This document shows positions 13,001-24,997 of a stretch of DNA of 64,000 nt, one piece after another; the first letter of the stretch is position 1, and each line of letters begins with the position of its first letter. The position numbers were made by a program, and so were the translations under genes. The stretch covers positions 43,526,001 through 43,590,000 of the forward strand of contig NC_087251.1 in the NCBI RefSeq assembly GCF_037042905.1, in the 5' to 3' direction. The notes under the pieces were generated by a model. The model saw only the letters and a program-made list of their open reading frames with translations. It did not search any database and was not told where the DNA came from. Source of the DNA: Lytechinus pictus (lineage: Eukaryota).

Positions 13001-16000
13001 GGAACCCTTCTCTCTCTCCATGTTTCACCACTTTCTTTCTCTCTCTCTCGTTCTTCCAGCGTACATGTACCGGTTAAACGATTCGGATACAGCCCTTCCA
13101 AAGATTCCGGTTCATCCGATTGGCTATGGAGATGCAAAATATCTTCTAAGGTTAGTGTTTATTGTATCTTTTAATATCTTAATAAGTAGCCATCGTTGTA
13201 ACACCAAACAAAGATTATGTTTCTGATTACCCTTCATTTGTATGAAAAATAATGAGAGGAGGGGGTCATGCTGAACAACAGTTTCATTTCTTTTTCATTT
13301 TCTTCAAGGAGTTAAAAACAGTAGTTATTTAAGCAAGGGTGGGGTGGCGAGATGCACTGGACCCTCCCTATCCATTGGTTCCTCGCCCGTTTAAACAATC
13401 TAGTAAATCCACCGAATTCAATCTAAATTTGATAATGATTAAAAATAAACTGTTTTGGTCATACTACTACTACTATCCTCATTCGTGCCCTGTGGCACAT
13501 AAGGCCTCCACGCTTTCTTTCCATTTTTGGCGGTCTCTAGCACAACCCCTGGCCTCATTCCAACTCTTCCATCCGTAAGTACTTCTCTCCTTCTCTACAG
13601 TTCTCCTCCGTGTTGTTTTTGGTCTACCCCTTTTGCGTTTTCCTCCTGGATTCCATGTTAGAGCAGTGTAACAATGATGGTCATCTTGCATTCTGAGGAC
13701 ATGACCTATCCAATTCCAACGTCTTCTTTTGACTTCTTGACTCATCTTGTTGAGTTGAGTGAGATTATTGAGCTCCTCCATGCCAATAATGTTTGGCCAG
13801 AATATTTGAAGCGCTTTTTTAAGGCATTGGTATTGAAACGAATCCTATCAAGGCCTTCTCGGCAAAACTAGACATCATTATAGCTACTCCATTATGATGT
13901 AATCCATCTTCTCTCCCATAGAATATCACGGTTTCGCCTGTTCGAAGTTTAATTTTACCAAAACCGGTCCAACGACACGCACTGATCCCCAGCACATCAA
14001 GACGATACTCCTTCATTACTTTTGCAACTTGTTCTGTCTACAACGAAAAAACAAAATGTCTAAATGTATTTGTCTACGTTATACATGTACTTAATGTATT
14101 GTGACGCTATGTTTAATTTATATTAGTGAGTTATCGGGCGATGAAGTAAATCCTGACTGGGCAGGAAATCTGGATGTAACCTACCGATACGGACCGGGAT
14201 TTATCAACCCAAGAAGGTGAGAGCTTGATTAATGACTTCGAGACAAGATAGGAATGTTTCTTTGCTAAAGGCAATATTGAAACTATATCAGAATGATATA
14301 ACGGTGAGACTCACCTTCAAACAAACTTACATACAATTTATGCGTGACGTAGCCCCCGTATCGTAAATTGGCCTGCTTGAATATTAAGGCATGATAATCT
14401 TCATTGATCCAAAAATCCTCGGGAACAAGCATACATCTCGTCAAAATTGACTTCTGAATTTCAGGTTGACTAAGATAATTTACGGGTTAGTTTGAGAATG
14501 ACATCTGTTTTCGTTTAAAAGAACTCCGTATTTGTATTACTTGTTAATGAAAAGAAGTGAAATACATTATTTAAATCCTTGTCAAATTTAAAGACATCAA
14601 GTGTGGGTAATCTTCAATCGATTTTTTCCTTATCAGGAAGGTCAAGATGAGTATCCACACATCACGTGAGATCAGAACAATATATGACGTCATCGGTATC
14701 ATCAATGGCGCCCTGGAACCAGGTGATAAGCAACCGATCTTATAACGTTTTGCTAAGAATTCACAAAGTTTAAAAATCTGAGAATGTGTGAAGTAGCGAT
14801 GTTTTCTGTTTCTGTTTATGGTAACTCCCGTAGGAACTCGGCAGGACAGCACTTTTTTGCTGGTAAACGCCAGGCTGGTATATAACCAATTACCTAGGAA
14901 ACATTTTACGTCTTGGTTAATCAGTCATAGTGGCTGACTTTATAGACGACAGATATTACTCTTGGGCCTTATAATATAATTTAAGTGGAGACAATGGCAG
15001 AGTGGTGATTCGAACTCACAACCTTGCGATTATGAGTCTAAAGCTCTAACCACTGGACCACACGACCCAGTAAGCAGAATACAAAAATGGTTGTGCTTGT
15101 GTTCACATTTGGAGCTTTTATTTTTGTCTAGTGATAATTATGGTCTTCAGTCCCTGAATAATGTACCCATTTCCTAATTACGATTTTCTTACTTTCTGAT
15201 AAAAATCCATCAAACATGGTAAAATCTGTTTATCAATTTCTGTTCGACAAAACAAAATCAGATAAGCTGTGATGAGATGATGATTGAATATATTGCCTGC
15301 ATGAAGGGTTGGAATTCGTCTGAAATTTGATCGAACAAAATGAAACACACCCCCTTCATTTTTTTTGTTTGGGGTCTTTTTTTTCTCCTAGTATTGTTGT
15401 AGAGTGAATATCAAATCGGTTTGAGACCCCCTTCTGAAAAGAGAGAGAAATTAAATAAGAAAAAGTTGAAAATTATTCACTCATTTTGTTCTTGATTCGC
15501 ATAATATTGTTGATTCATTCTCGAATGCGTCCGATTTGTGATGTACTCGTATAATGTTCATCCTCCAGATCGCTATGTATTGATGGGCAACCACCGTGAT
15601 GCCTGGGTGTATGGTGCTGTAGACCCTTCTAGTGGTACAGCAGTTCTCATGGAGAGTGCAAGGGTCTACTCAGAGATGACCAAAACAGGTAAATAAGCAT
15701 CCACTTTCTCTCAATTCCATTATTTGTGTGTAGATGTGTGAGGGGGTATGTGTGTGTGTGCGTGTAAAAAAAATTATGAACAAAACGTGTGAGTGGGTAT
15801 TGTAACTAGCAAATCAGCTTTGTAAAATATAGACTCGTCCAATGAATGGGGAAAAAAAAGAGGATTCGGTAAAAAACAAGGCAAAAGCGATTTTGTGTCT
15901 CGCCCACTTATGAAAATAACCAGAAATATCGTGATTTGCGAGGGCACGCAACAGAATTGTATCGAAACTTCATTGTGAAATGACTTGGATTAGATGGAAT

Positions 16001-19000
16001 AATACTTGTAATAAGAGTTTTGCGCGCAAACTTTAATGTTGGCCTCAAAATGAACTTTGACCATACCATGTGACCTCCCAACACAATAGCATACAGGTCC
16101 CCTAAGTACATCTACCATCCAAGTTTGGTTGAAAAGTGATTTACAGTTGCAGAGTTATGTGTCATAAGAGAGTCTTGCACGGAAACTTTAACGTTGACCT
16201 GAAAATGACCTTTGACCTTACCATGTGACCTCCGACTGCAGCATAACATGCAGGTCCCCCAAGTCCATCTACCATCCCAAGTTTGGTTGAAAAGTGACTT
16301 ACGGTTGCGGAGTTAGGCGTCATAAGAGAGTCTTGCATGTAAACTTTAACGTTGACCTGAAAATGACCTTTGAACTTACCATGTGACCTCTAACTGCAGC
16401 ATAACATGCAGGTTCCCCAAGTCCATCTACCATCCAAGTTTGGTTGAAAAGTGACCTACGGTTGTGGAGTTATGTGTCATAAGGTTAGTGACGGACGGAC
16501 GGACGACATTTGGATCCCTAAAAATCGTGTGGTAGTAATAAAAATTCTCGCTAGGAATTTATGGTAAGCTGTCTCTGCTCATTTTATTTACAATCGTTAA
16601 AATCAAATCCATCAACATGATTAACTATGACAAAAAATTGATTATTAAATCAAAATGTATCTCATTCATGATCAGGTTGGAGGCCTCGTCGTACGGTCAT
16701 GTTCTGTTCTTGGGGAGCTGAGGAATACGGACTACTCGGATCAACGGAATTCGTTGAGGTATTTACACTATTTACACTACTATAAACTGAATAATTTTGG
16801 GAAAGAAAAACGTGATTTATTACGTTCTTTAAAAGGACAATGACATCGGTGAATAACAATTCTGATAGATAAATTCACGTAAATGCATTGAGATGAAAGA
16901 TACTTTTATAAACCAGTCTCCTCCTTCAAATACAATGGAATTATCTTTCAACTTAAAAACAAATTCGAAAGGAAAGTTCTGCAAATTCGTAATTCATAAT
17001 TATTCACAATCAAAATCCCTCATATAGGTTCTTCTTTTGAATGGATTAGTTATTCATTTTTGATAGTTCAAATAATTGTGAATTAATCAGTCTCAGTGTA
17101 TCTCTTTATTCGTTTCATTATATATTTTCTTTCGTTTTTAGCCCTGCTATAGAATGAGAATGAAAATAAGGTGTGAGAATTATTTTTTTATGGAAACTCA
17201 TTCCATTACAGGAGTACCAGAAAATATTAGGAGAGAGGGCTGTTGCATACATCAATACAGATATCGCTGTTATGGGAAATTATTCTTTCAGGACTTCATC
17301 AACACCCCTGCTAGAGGGAGCCCTCTACGATGCCGCTAAGAAGGTATTCAAAACACTCACTACACATGTATACTAGCCAATCGACATGATCGAAAAATCA
17401 GTTTGCTCTGATTTTCATGAAGCCTGATTGTGATTGGCTTATTTTTAATTGCATTGGTCGGTTGTGAAACAACTATCTGAATCTTTCGCGCGTTTAAAAC
17501 TTTTCAAATCCTTGACAACACCCTGGTGTAGAGAGTCTTATGGTTCACCATGTGGTTTAGTCTTGACGGTGATGGTTTATAAGGTGGTACGAAGAGAAGT
17601 TGGCGAGAAATAAAATACAAAAGGAAGAGATTGGATTGGAATTGTAAGGCGAGAAAGAGACAGGGGACAGAGAAGTGTAATATTTTGTGAGGCAGTTACG
17701 CAAAAGCCTGCAAACCGTGTGGTTGAAAAGACAAAGTGATGACTTGGAGCAGAAGAGGAGATAAGTTGAGGAGTCTCGGCAGTTGTGGGTTCCTATACGA
17801 TGTGGAGTCTCGACGTTCTAGGCGTTAAAGTGGAGATAACGGCTGGATGGAAATTCGAACTCATACATGTCGTAATCAGGAGTTCAATGCTCTGACCACT
17901 ATAACACACGGTCACAACCATGGCCGTACGCAGAAGTTTATTTTTTTTGCTGGGGAGGGCAGGACGCATAAACTTTTTCTCCCAAAAAAAAATAATGCGA
18001 GGGAGCGAAGCGATCGATTTTGTCATCAGGGCGCTTTGCATTTTGTGGAGTGAAATTGAAGGATTTCGTGCATACTTTTGGTGAATTTGTGAAAATTTGC
18101 AGTAAAAGTGTAAGTTTTCCGAATTTCTGTGGGGCAACCGCCCCCCCCCCCCTCCCCCGCTGCGCATACGGCCATGGTCACAACATGGACGCCATGTCCA
18201 TGGCACTATTTTCAGTTGTTTTAAGAAGATGACAGTGAGCAATAATCAAACTTTTAATCACAATACTTTTTTTTCATTGATGCTGTTAATAGGTGCCTGA
18301 CGGTGAAACAGGAGAAAGAACGACATATGATGTTTGGCTTGAACGACGACCCGACAGCAGCGGCAACGGTCTACCGATGTATGTTGATAACATTTATTTC
18401 CATTACATCGGAGAAGGAGAATCATTCGATATTATGGAAAGATTCGTCACAACTATTTTCCCATTACTAGCACTCGGTGTAATACAGTATACCTATATTA
18501 CGTCAATAAGATAACTTAATATTATGTGTCGATGCCAACATTGTGTACAAAAAAATGCATAAACTGCAAATATAGCGTACGGGGTGAGCGATCGAAAATT
18601 TATGAAAATCTAATTCTGTGGTAGATTTTGATACAATATTCAGAACATACCATTAAATTTCACCCTTTGGTATGTCCCTTTTTTTTTTTCTTGTTATGTT
18701 TCTCTTTTTTGTCACGGGTGTCAAGTGTCACCCAAGGCCTCCCCCTATCTTACGCCACAGCATGTAAACATTGATTTGATACTGACTCAATTTTGCAGGG
18801 TTATGCTTAAATCACTCATGGGGCCCGTAACACAAAGGTTAGCAATGATTATAGAACATTTTTCTACGATTGATTGCATTGACTACAATGTACAATCAAT
18901 CGTGAAAATCAACCGTACGATCAATCGCTATCCTTTGTGTTACGGGCCCCAGGACGCCATTGACATGATTGAATAATACAATTTTTTTTTTAAATAATTT

Positions 19001-22000
19001 AAAAGTTGGCTTCTTTAAAGAGTAAAAACAATTTCTTTTGTTTCTCAAGTATCAACGTACTGGGATCCGGAACTGATTTTGCGCCTTTCATGTATCGCAT
19101 CGGTGTACCCTGTGTGGACCTGTCATATCAATATGACCCGGTAAGAATTATGATATATATAGATATATATTATAGAACATCATCTATTCCAGACATAATC
19201 GCTACATATACATAAAAGAAAAATTAGTCCTGTATTGTCATTCAATGCATGTTCTGCCAAAAAAGATTAACACACTTAATTGCATAACAGTTAAAGGTTA
19301 TGAGTAGGATATGACTGGGATTTATATAATGTTATAAGGTTCTACAAGGTTTCTATAAGGCGTAGTTTCCTTCAGCAAGGAATTCATCCACAGTGTGCTC
19401 ACTCGACCCAGGTGAGGTAAATGGGTACCGGCAGGAAGTAATTCCTCAAAAAGCTGTGTGCACCTGAATAGGGTACGCTGGGAAGACATTTTTTGGAACT
19501 GAAGTGGCTACCCTGGGTAAATATACCGTTATTGTTATTATTATTATTATTATCATTTTTATTATTATTATTATTATTATCATCATCATCACTATTATTA
19601 TCATTATTATTATTACTATTATTATTACTATCATTATTATAATTATTATTATCATTGTTATATGATTCAATAGATTTTCAGATCAAAGCTACAGTCACAT
19701 CAACCATGGATCAACGAAGCCGACTCCAAACCGACCGATGGTATGTCATTGGTAATAACGTGATAGCTTTGATCGGTCTGGAGTCGGCTCTGCCGGTGTG
19801 ACTGAATATGGGTTGTAATGTGGGTGTATGAGATAGTGACATTTAGATAAGAAAGAAGATGATTTATATAGCACACATATCCACCTTGTTAGATGCTAAA
19901 GGCGCTCGGTGAAACTAGTCTACCGATTCCGGTGCTCACAGATTTTTGAGGAATAACTTCCTGCTGGTACCAATTAACCTCACCTGGGTTGAGTGAAGCA
20001 CAATGTAGGTAATTTTTTTGCTAAAGGAAAACACGCCATGGCTGGGAATCGAACCCACGTCCCTCACATTGAAAGACGAGGGTTTTGACCACTAGACCAC
20101 GACGCCTCCCGAAGAAGAGTGAATGAGAATAATCTAGTCCTACTGTAATTAAGTACGTAAGTAATGAACTTGATGGAAAGACGCTGTGTTTCTATTGTGT
20201 CTTCAATGGCTTATCGTATAGGAAATGATTCTGGAGAACAGCTACAATAGAAACCAAGCATATTTATAGGTTCTAGTAGAAACCTTTTTTTCCCCGAATC
20301 AACATATAACTATATGATATCATGATCATAAACAGAGTCTTGGGATATCATCGTACCCTGTCTATCACTCCGTTTATGAGACATTCTACACTGTCAAGAT
20401 GTTCCTTGATTACAACTTCTGGCGCCATCAGTCTATTGCACGGTTCATGCTTGAATTCTCGCGAAATATCGCAGACTCCGTGATTCTACCGTTTGGTGTC
20501 CGCGACTATGCAACGAAACTCAAGTCGTCAATAGACTACATTGAAAGTGAATACGGTGAGAAGATGGCGGAGCAGAATATCTATTTCGGTGAGTTTGGAT
20601 AAGTGAAATACTCCGAAGTCCTTTAGGAATGTAACTTCACAAAATATTATGGCCATGGCTTTGTCAAGAAAGGCAAGAAGATAGAAAAATAACAACACCG
20701 GGACAGTCAGAGGAAATGTGGACACGTCCCTGGAAAGATTTTTTTTTTTGCCCCAATTCACCAAAACAGCATACCGTTTTCTTCAGAATTTAACAGGTTA
20801 TCACCCACCATTGTTCAATTAAGTTATTCAAATGAACACTAGGGCCCGTTTTCTGAAGTCAACTATAATTTAGGCCATGGCCTAACTCTGTGTTAAACCT
20901 ATGAGAAGCTAGACATTTCAAATTGCATTTATATCATGTTTAATTATTTTCCTATCTTTACTGGACACTTTGCTCATGTTTTCCTGATGAAGAGGACTAT
21001 TTCAGTCATTATTCATTTCCAGTCAGTTATGAAGGATTTGATTGTCATATGAGCCGACAAATTGAATTTGTAGGCATATGGTTAGAAATTTTGATCGCAG
21101 TGGGCTGTCCATAATTAAACCACCTTTTTAGACCAGAGTTTGAATTAAACTCGAGCTCAGAACACAGATCTGGATATTCAGATCAGTGGTTCAGAATAAG
21201 GACTTGCGCCTCTTTGTTTCAATTTCCTTTAAAAAAAAATGAATGTAACTTAATTCCTAAAACCGGAAACTCAGTTCACGCGTATTCCTATATCCTCTGA
21301 GTGAGGGCGCTATGAGACTGTGATGTCACAAGCAAAATATATGTTATAAGTGGATCAAATGCTCTCTGCTGAATTCTAATAAATCGCAATACAGCACCAT
21401 ACTCTGTACACTTCCTATCTAAAATATCCATGACTTGCCGAAAATAAGAAACGCACACTTATCCATTACCATTGATAATGGCATTGATAGTGTGAATTTA
21501 TATAGCTTACCCACTGTCCTAAGACGTTCATGGCGCTCGCTCAGCAGTAATTCATTTTCGTGTATGTAAACGAACAAACAAATCTGAAAATCAGCATCAA
21601 ATTACAATTTGCAATCTTACAAAAGTTTGCTGTTGAATCCCCCCAACCGTGTTTATTCGTCTGTGTTTTTTTTCTTTTCCGCAGAATACATTGATTCAGC
21701 TGTTACAAATTTTACAGCGGCTGCTACATCATTTGAAGAACAGTTGGAGCAAGTCGATATTAATAAGTAAGTAATGAATGTCATTTTACTCGAGTATATC
21801 CAATTACAGTGTCATGATTTAATACAATACTTGCTCAGACTAAAACACTCACAAAGATGCTTAAGTTGATATCGTAATCGAACCAGAGAATACTTTCTAC
21901 ATCGTAAGGTGATACATTTGTATTTTCGTAAGGCGTATATGGGTCTGTAAAATATAAGCTCTGCTTTAATATACATGTATAGACTCATCCACTGACCTGC

Positions 22001-23196
22001 TCCTCTAATTACAGATATTTGTAAAAACATATTTGTCATACACAAATTTGGTTATGACTTTGATATTCAAAGTACAGATATACACGTATAATAATAACAT
22101 AGGATTTTAGCGCAAGTATCCACCTTGCTTGGTGCTCAAGGCGCTCCTATATTACCCCGGCTAAGCTAGTCTACCGATTCTGGTGCGCACAGCTTTTTGA
22201 GGAATTACTTCCTGCCGGTACCCATTTACCTCACCTGTGCAGCGCAGTGTGGATAAATTTCTTGCTGAAGGAAAACACGCCATGGCTAGGATTCGAACCC
22301 ACGACCCTCGGATTGAAAGGCGAGAGTCGGAACCACTAGACCACGACGTGCCCACGTATACACATGTGACACGTTTATATCAGCATGTAATTGTGATTTT
22401 ATTTTGAGTGTGTGAAAAATAAAAATAAAAAATCTTTATATTCAAACTTCACTTTAGTCCCATCGCAGTTAGACGTGTTAATGATCAGATGATGCAACTT
22501 GAAAGGGCTTTCATTGATCCTGTTGGCCTTCCTGGCAGGAAATGGTTGAGGTAATAAATGCATTCAAATCACTTTGTAAAAAATATTAAATTCCTTACAT
22601 TTCTAGTCCAATTGAATACCGAAGCATAAAAAATGGCATGATATATCATATTCCTCAAATGATGTCAATGAATTAGAAAGGTGAGGATGCAAGAATACAG
22701 CACATCGATGATCCGTCTAGAATCGCCTCCTTTATTTCGTTATTCTCAAAATAAATGAAATAAGTAAAGGTCACGTGACAACACTAAAAGAGCTTAACAC
22801 GGATTTGTGACATATTACAAGCAATATGAAAGAGTACTGAAAAGTAAAAATGTAATTGCCTATTTTAATTTATTTTTGTCTTTTAAGATATTTTGCATAT
22901 GTATAATTATTTGTATATCGACAGTTTTGTGTGTGTAAAATGGTAATGACAATACTAACAATGTAATATTTTATGAATTTCGTCCCTCCTATTTGTATAG
23001 ACATGTCGTGTATGCTCCTAGCAGCGTGAACCACTACGCAGGCGACGCTTTTCCCGCCCTTGTCGATGCCATGTACCAGATTGATGACGACATTGATCAG
23101 GTGGCTCGATGGAATGCAGTCAGGGAACAAATGGCCATCGTAGCATTCACTATCCAATCAGCGGCAAGTACACTTACTGACGTCACACAACTCTGA
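1085..23196 (+). CDS. Gene 1: glutamate carboxypeptidase II / NAALADase-family (M28B) type II membrane metallopeptidase, 17 coding exons, ~734 aa
   Basis: Exons with GT-AG boundaries and compatible phases: 1085-1281, 6627-6783, 10538-10666, 11756-11884, 12620-12809, 13060-13150, 14127-14216, 14637-14722, 15569-15688, 16676-16758, 17212-17343, 18293-18378, 19050-19140, 20336-20588, 21685-21766, 22458-22550, 23001-23196 (sum 2205 nt). Motifs: N-terminal TM ([21 protein letters not shown]), [117 protein letters not shown]. Confidence 0.93.
1471..4142. mobile_element. Foldback-type non-autonomous DNA element: ~1.2-1.4 kb inverted arms built of ~180-190 bp tandem units
   Basis: ttgttttttcatatatacaat...gatgccactcgtgtaaccttg (from 1471) is the reverse complement of caaggttacacgagtggcatc...attgtatatatgaaaaaacaa (to ~4141). 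The motif caaaatggccgcc recurs near 1699, 1892, 2081, 2269, 2449 and 2630. Its reverse, ggcggccattttg, recurs near 2908, 3297, 3486 and 3863. Confidence 0.85.
4180..4390. mobile_element. MITE with CACT...AGTG termini
   Basis: cactcctctaagagtgagacgag at the left end pairs with ctcgtctcactattagaagagtg at the right end. Confidence 0.7.
5099..5375 (+). mobile_element. MITE family with GCCCTTTCACAC...GTGTGAAAAGGCCC termini, copy 1 (PIF/Harbinger-like)
   Basis: Terminal inverted repeats are visible, and homologous copies lie in opposite orientation at 5768-6243 and 6335-6495. Confidence 0.7.
5768..6495 (-). mobile_element. Two further, inverted copies of the same MITE (5768-6243, 6335-6495)
   Basis: gggcttttcacacgtgaatcttgaatc...ccgtgtgaaagggc appears twice and is the reverse complement of 5099-5375. 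Confidence 0.7.
7735..8179. mobile_element. Palindromic MITE with tandem subterminal TTCCGAAGGTTCG repeats
   Basis: The left half repeats ttccgaaggttcgt and the right half repeats its reverse complement acgaaccttcggaa. Termini are ccggttacacttcgtaattccgaa / ttcggaattacgaatgtatgcgg. Confidence 0.8.
8270..10362. mobile_element. Non-autonomous hAT-type DNA transposon, ~2.1 kb
   Basis: TIRs catgggcggaaat / atttccacccatg. 8-bp TSD TATATATG at 8262-8269 and 10363-10370. Internal gctcgcgcttcgcgctcgc repeats. Confidence 0.85.
10773..11026 (+). mobile_element. tRNA-derived SINE (tRNA-Met-like head)
   Basis: A box (tggtccagttgtt), ctcataa anticodon-like loop and B box (gttcgaatcc), followed by a ~180-bp body shared with the copy at 14808-15068. 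Confidence 0.8.
13461..14040 (-). mobile_element. Internally deleted RTE-type LINE remnant
   Basis: Minus-strand peptides: endonuclease N-terminus ([40 protein letters not shown]) and RTE C-terminus ([38 protein letters not shown]). The stop is followed by a (TAG)n tail. Confidence 0.85.
14808..15068 (-). mobile_element. tRNA-derived SINE, same family as 10773-11026, inverted
   Basis: Its reverse complement aligns along the full length with 10773-11026. Confidence 0.8.
15876..16520 (-). mobile_element. Helentron/DINE-1-like non-autonomous element with ~179-bp internal tandem repeats
   Basis: About three units containing aatgacctttgacc...catgtgacctcc...gtttggttgaaaagtgac, plus a (GACG)n microsatellite at ~16490-16507. 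Confidence 0.65.
17919..18176. mobile_element. hAT-type MITE
   Basis: TIRs catggccgta / tacggccatg. 8-bp TSD GTCACAAC at 17911-17918 and 18177-18184. Confidence 0.85.
18820..18950. mobile_element. Short hairpin MITE (GGGGCCCG termini)
   Basis: ggggcccgtaacacaaagg ... cctttgtgttacgggcccc. Confidence 0.8.
19360..19665 (+). mobile_element. 5'-truncated SINE followed by (ATT)n microsatellite
   Basis: ttccttcagcaagg...acccaggtgaggtaaatgggtaccggcaggaagtaattcctcaaaaagctg matches the reverse complement of the SINE copies at 19860, 22105 and 57050. Confidence 0.7.
19860..20108 (-). mobile_element. tRNA-derived SINE (second family)
   Basis: Minus-strand A box (tggtctagtgg) and B box (ggttcgattcc). 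The body is shared with 22105-22354 and 57050-57310. Confidence 0.8.
22105..22354 (-). mobile_element. tRNA-derived SINE (second family)
   Basis: Close match to 57050-57310, with A and B boxes on the minus strand. Confidence 0.8.
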
Positions 23197-23540
23197 ATAT
23201 TTCTCCTTCTCGAACCATATATATCGGATTCTCTATCTTTGTCATTTAATCGCGGGGGGGGGGGGGCTGGATGACACAAGTATAGATTGCAAATTAAAAA
23301 TGATTTGATAGACTTTTGACAATATTACCTTTACTACAGTTACGTACGTAAGCATGTTCTGTTATGCATAACTAAACTTCACACGATCACAGGAAACTCG
23401 TTTCTTTACTTATTTTAATTTTTTCTGTTATTTTTTCTAATATAATTACAAAAGGGTGTTTTTCAGTCGTTTCACGTGTATATAAGAATGATATATCCTA
23501 TCCATTGCTATTAGTAATCTGTTTTATATGTTTTGAATTA

Positions 23541-23546
23541 AATAAA
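23541..23546 (+). promoter_or_regulatory. Candidate polyadenylation signal of gene 1
   Basis: AATAAA about 345 nt after the stop codon, followed by T-rich sequence. Weak evidence in AT-rich DNA. Confidence 0.4.
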
Positions 23547-23563
23547 ACAATGTTTTTAATGTA

Positions 23564-23728
23564 CACTGTAAAAAATGAAGTGCTAATTTAGCACTTACAG
23601 TGCTTGTATAGTGACTGCACTACGAGTGCTAATTGTCTAGTTTAAATTTGAGCTAGAAATTCAGCACTCGTAGTGCAGTTACTATACAAGCACTGTAAGT
23701 GTAAATTAGCACTTCGGTTTTTACAGTG
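23564..23728. mobile_element. Near-perfect 165-bp palindromic MITE (CACTG...CAGTG, TA-flanked)
   Basis: cactgtaaaaa..gaagtgctaattt..cacttacagtgcttgtatagt.actgcactacgagtgct pairs with the mirrored right half. Confidence 0.85.
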
Positions 23729-24341
23729 TATATTTTATTTTAATTAATGAATCAAAGCATCCACAGAGTATTATTTATGCTCACCAGAAAATAAAAGACA
23801 AGCACTTTGGATATACATACGCCCATAGATTAATTTTCCTAACAAAAGAAAATTTGATAGTTACGATTATTCTTATCATAATTGTTATCATTTAAAAAGT
23901 AATGTAGAGAAAAATTGTGCAGATTAAGAGATGTCAATATCGCAAAAGACAATATTGCTGGAAATACTTTCTATAAAGGGATGCTCCAGGCTGAAAATAG
24001 TATGATTTGAACAGAAAAATGTTGATGTAATTTTCAGCATCATGATCTGTTTATAATTTCACTCTATTTCTTTAGATATAAATATTTTCAGCCCGGAGTA
24101 CCCCCTTTAAAAGTAATCAATTGTACCATTGGATTGAATGAAGTTGCGCCCTCCGCGAGTCACATTATTTAGCTCAAAATTAATTTTGATGTTATTTTAC
24201 TAAATATCCTTTATAACGTTTGATATTCCATATCATTGGGTTTTTTAAAGTAATGGCGACTTATATATGTAGATCATCTTATTGTTAATACCATGAACCT
24301 AATATACATGTAGGTCCATGTTAACACATATACATATATCT

Positions 24342-24730
24342 AGGTTCCGTCTTACACAGAGTTACTATATCGATATCCATCAATGTCACAATTTTTTTCT
24401 TCACCAAATTTGCACAATGTAATTTGTGAACAAAGAGAAGCACACTGAATTGTCAAGAAAACGATGAATGTATGAATATATACACCATATCTAGAAAATA
24501 ATTCGAATAAACATGTATTTTAGATATTGACATTGCCGCCTTTCCACAGTTGTTGACGTGATTATATGGAATATTGTTTTGTTATGTTTTTAATTTCTGT
24601 TGATACAGGACCCCTTGGTCGAGCAGTTCTTGTAACTGAAAGGGCTATACCCTGTTAAAATAAAACGACAAATAAAAAATAAATAAAAATTGATCGGATC
24701 AATCGCAACTCTTTGTAAGACGGGGGCCCT
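24342..24730. mobile_element. MITE (ccgtcttaca.agagtt termini)
   Basis: ggttccgtcttacacagagtt ... aactctttgtaagacgggggcc. Confidence 0.6.
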
Positions 24731-24997
24731 GTATTAGCACTAGAATAATGATCAAAATCTTAAAAGCCAAATACTTTTATTCGATAGATTGTGATCTATC
24801 GCAATTTAACAATGAATCTATAGTTTGTAATAGAGTATTAAAGAATCGTTTATTTTCATACGGTGATTTTTGGTGATGAGGTCATATTCCAGATGTTTAT
24901 TACATACTCAGTGGTTGAATTAAATGAATAAATACAAAGTGTAGTTGTATAACTCGAGTAAAATTGTATTACTGATCCTGTTTATGGCGGTGGATAT

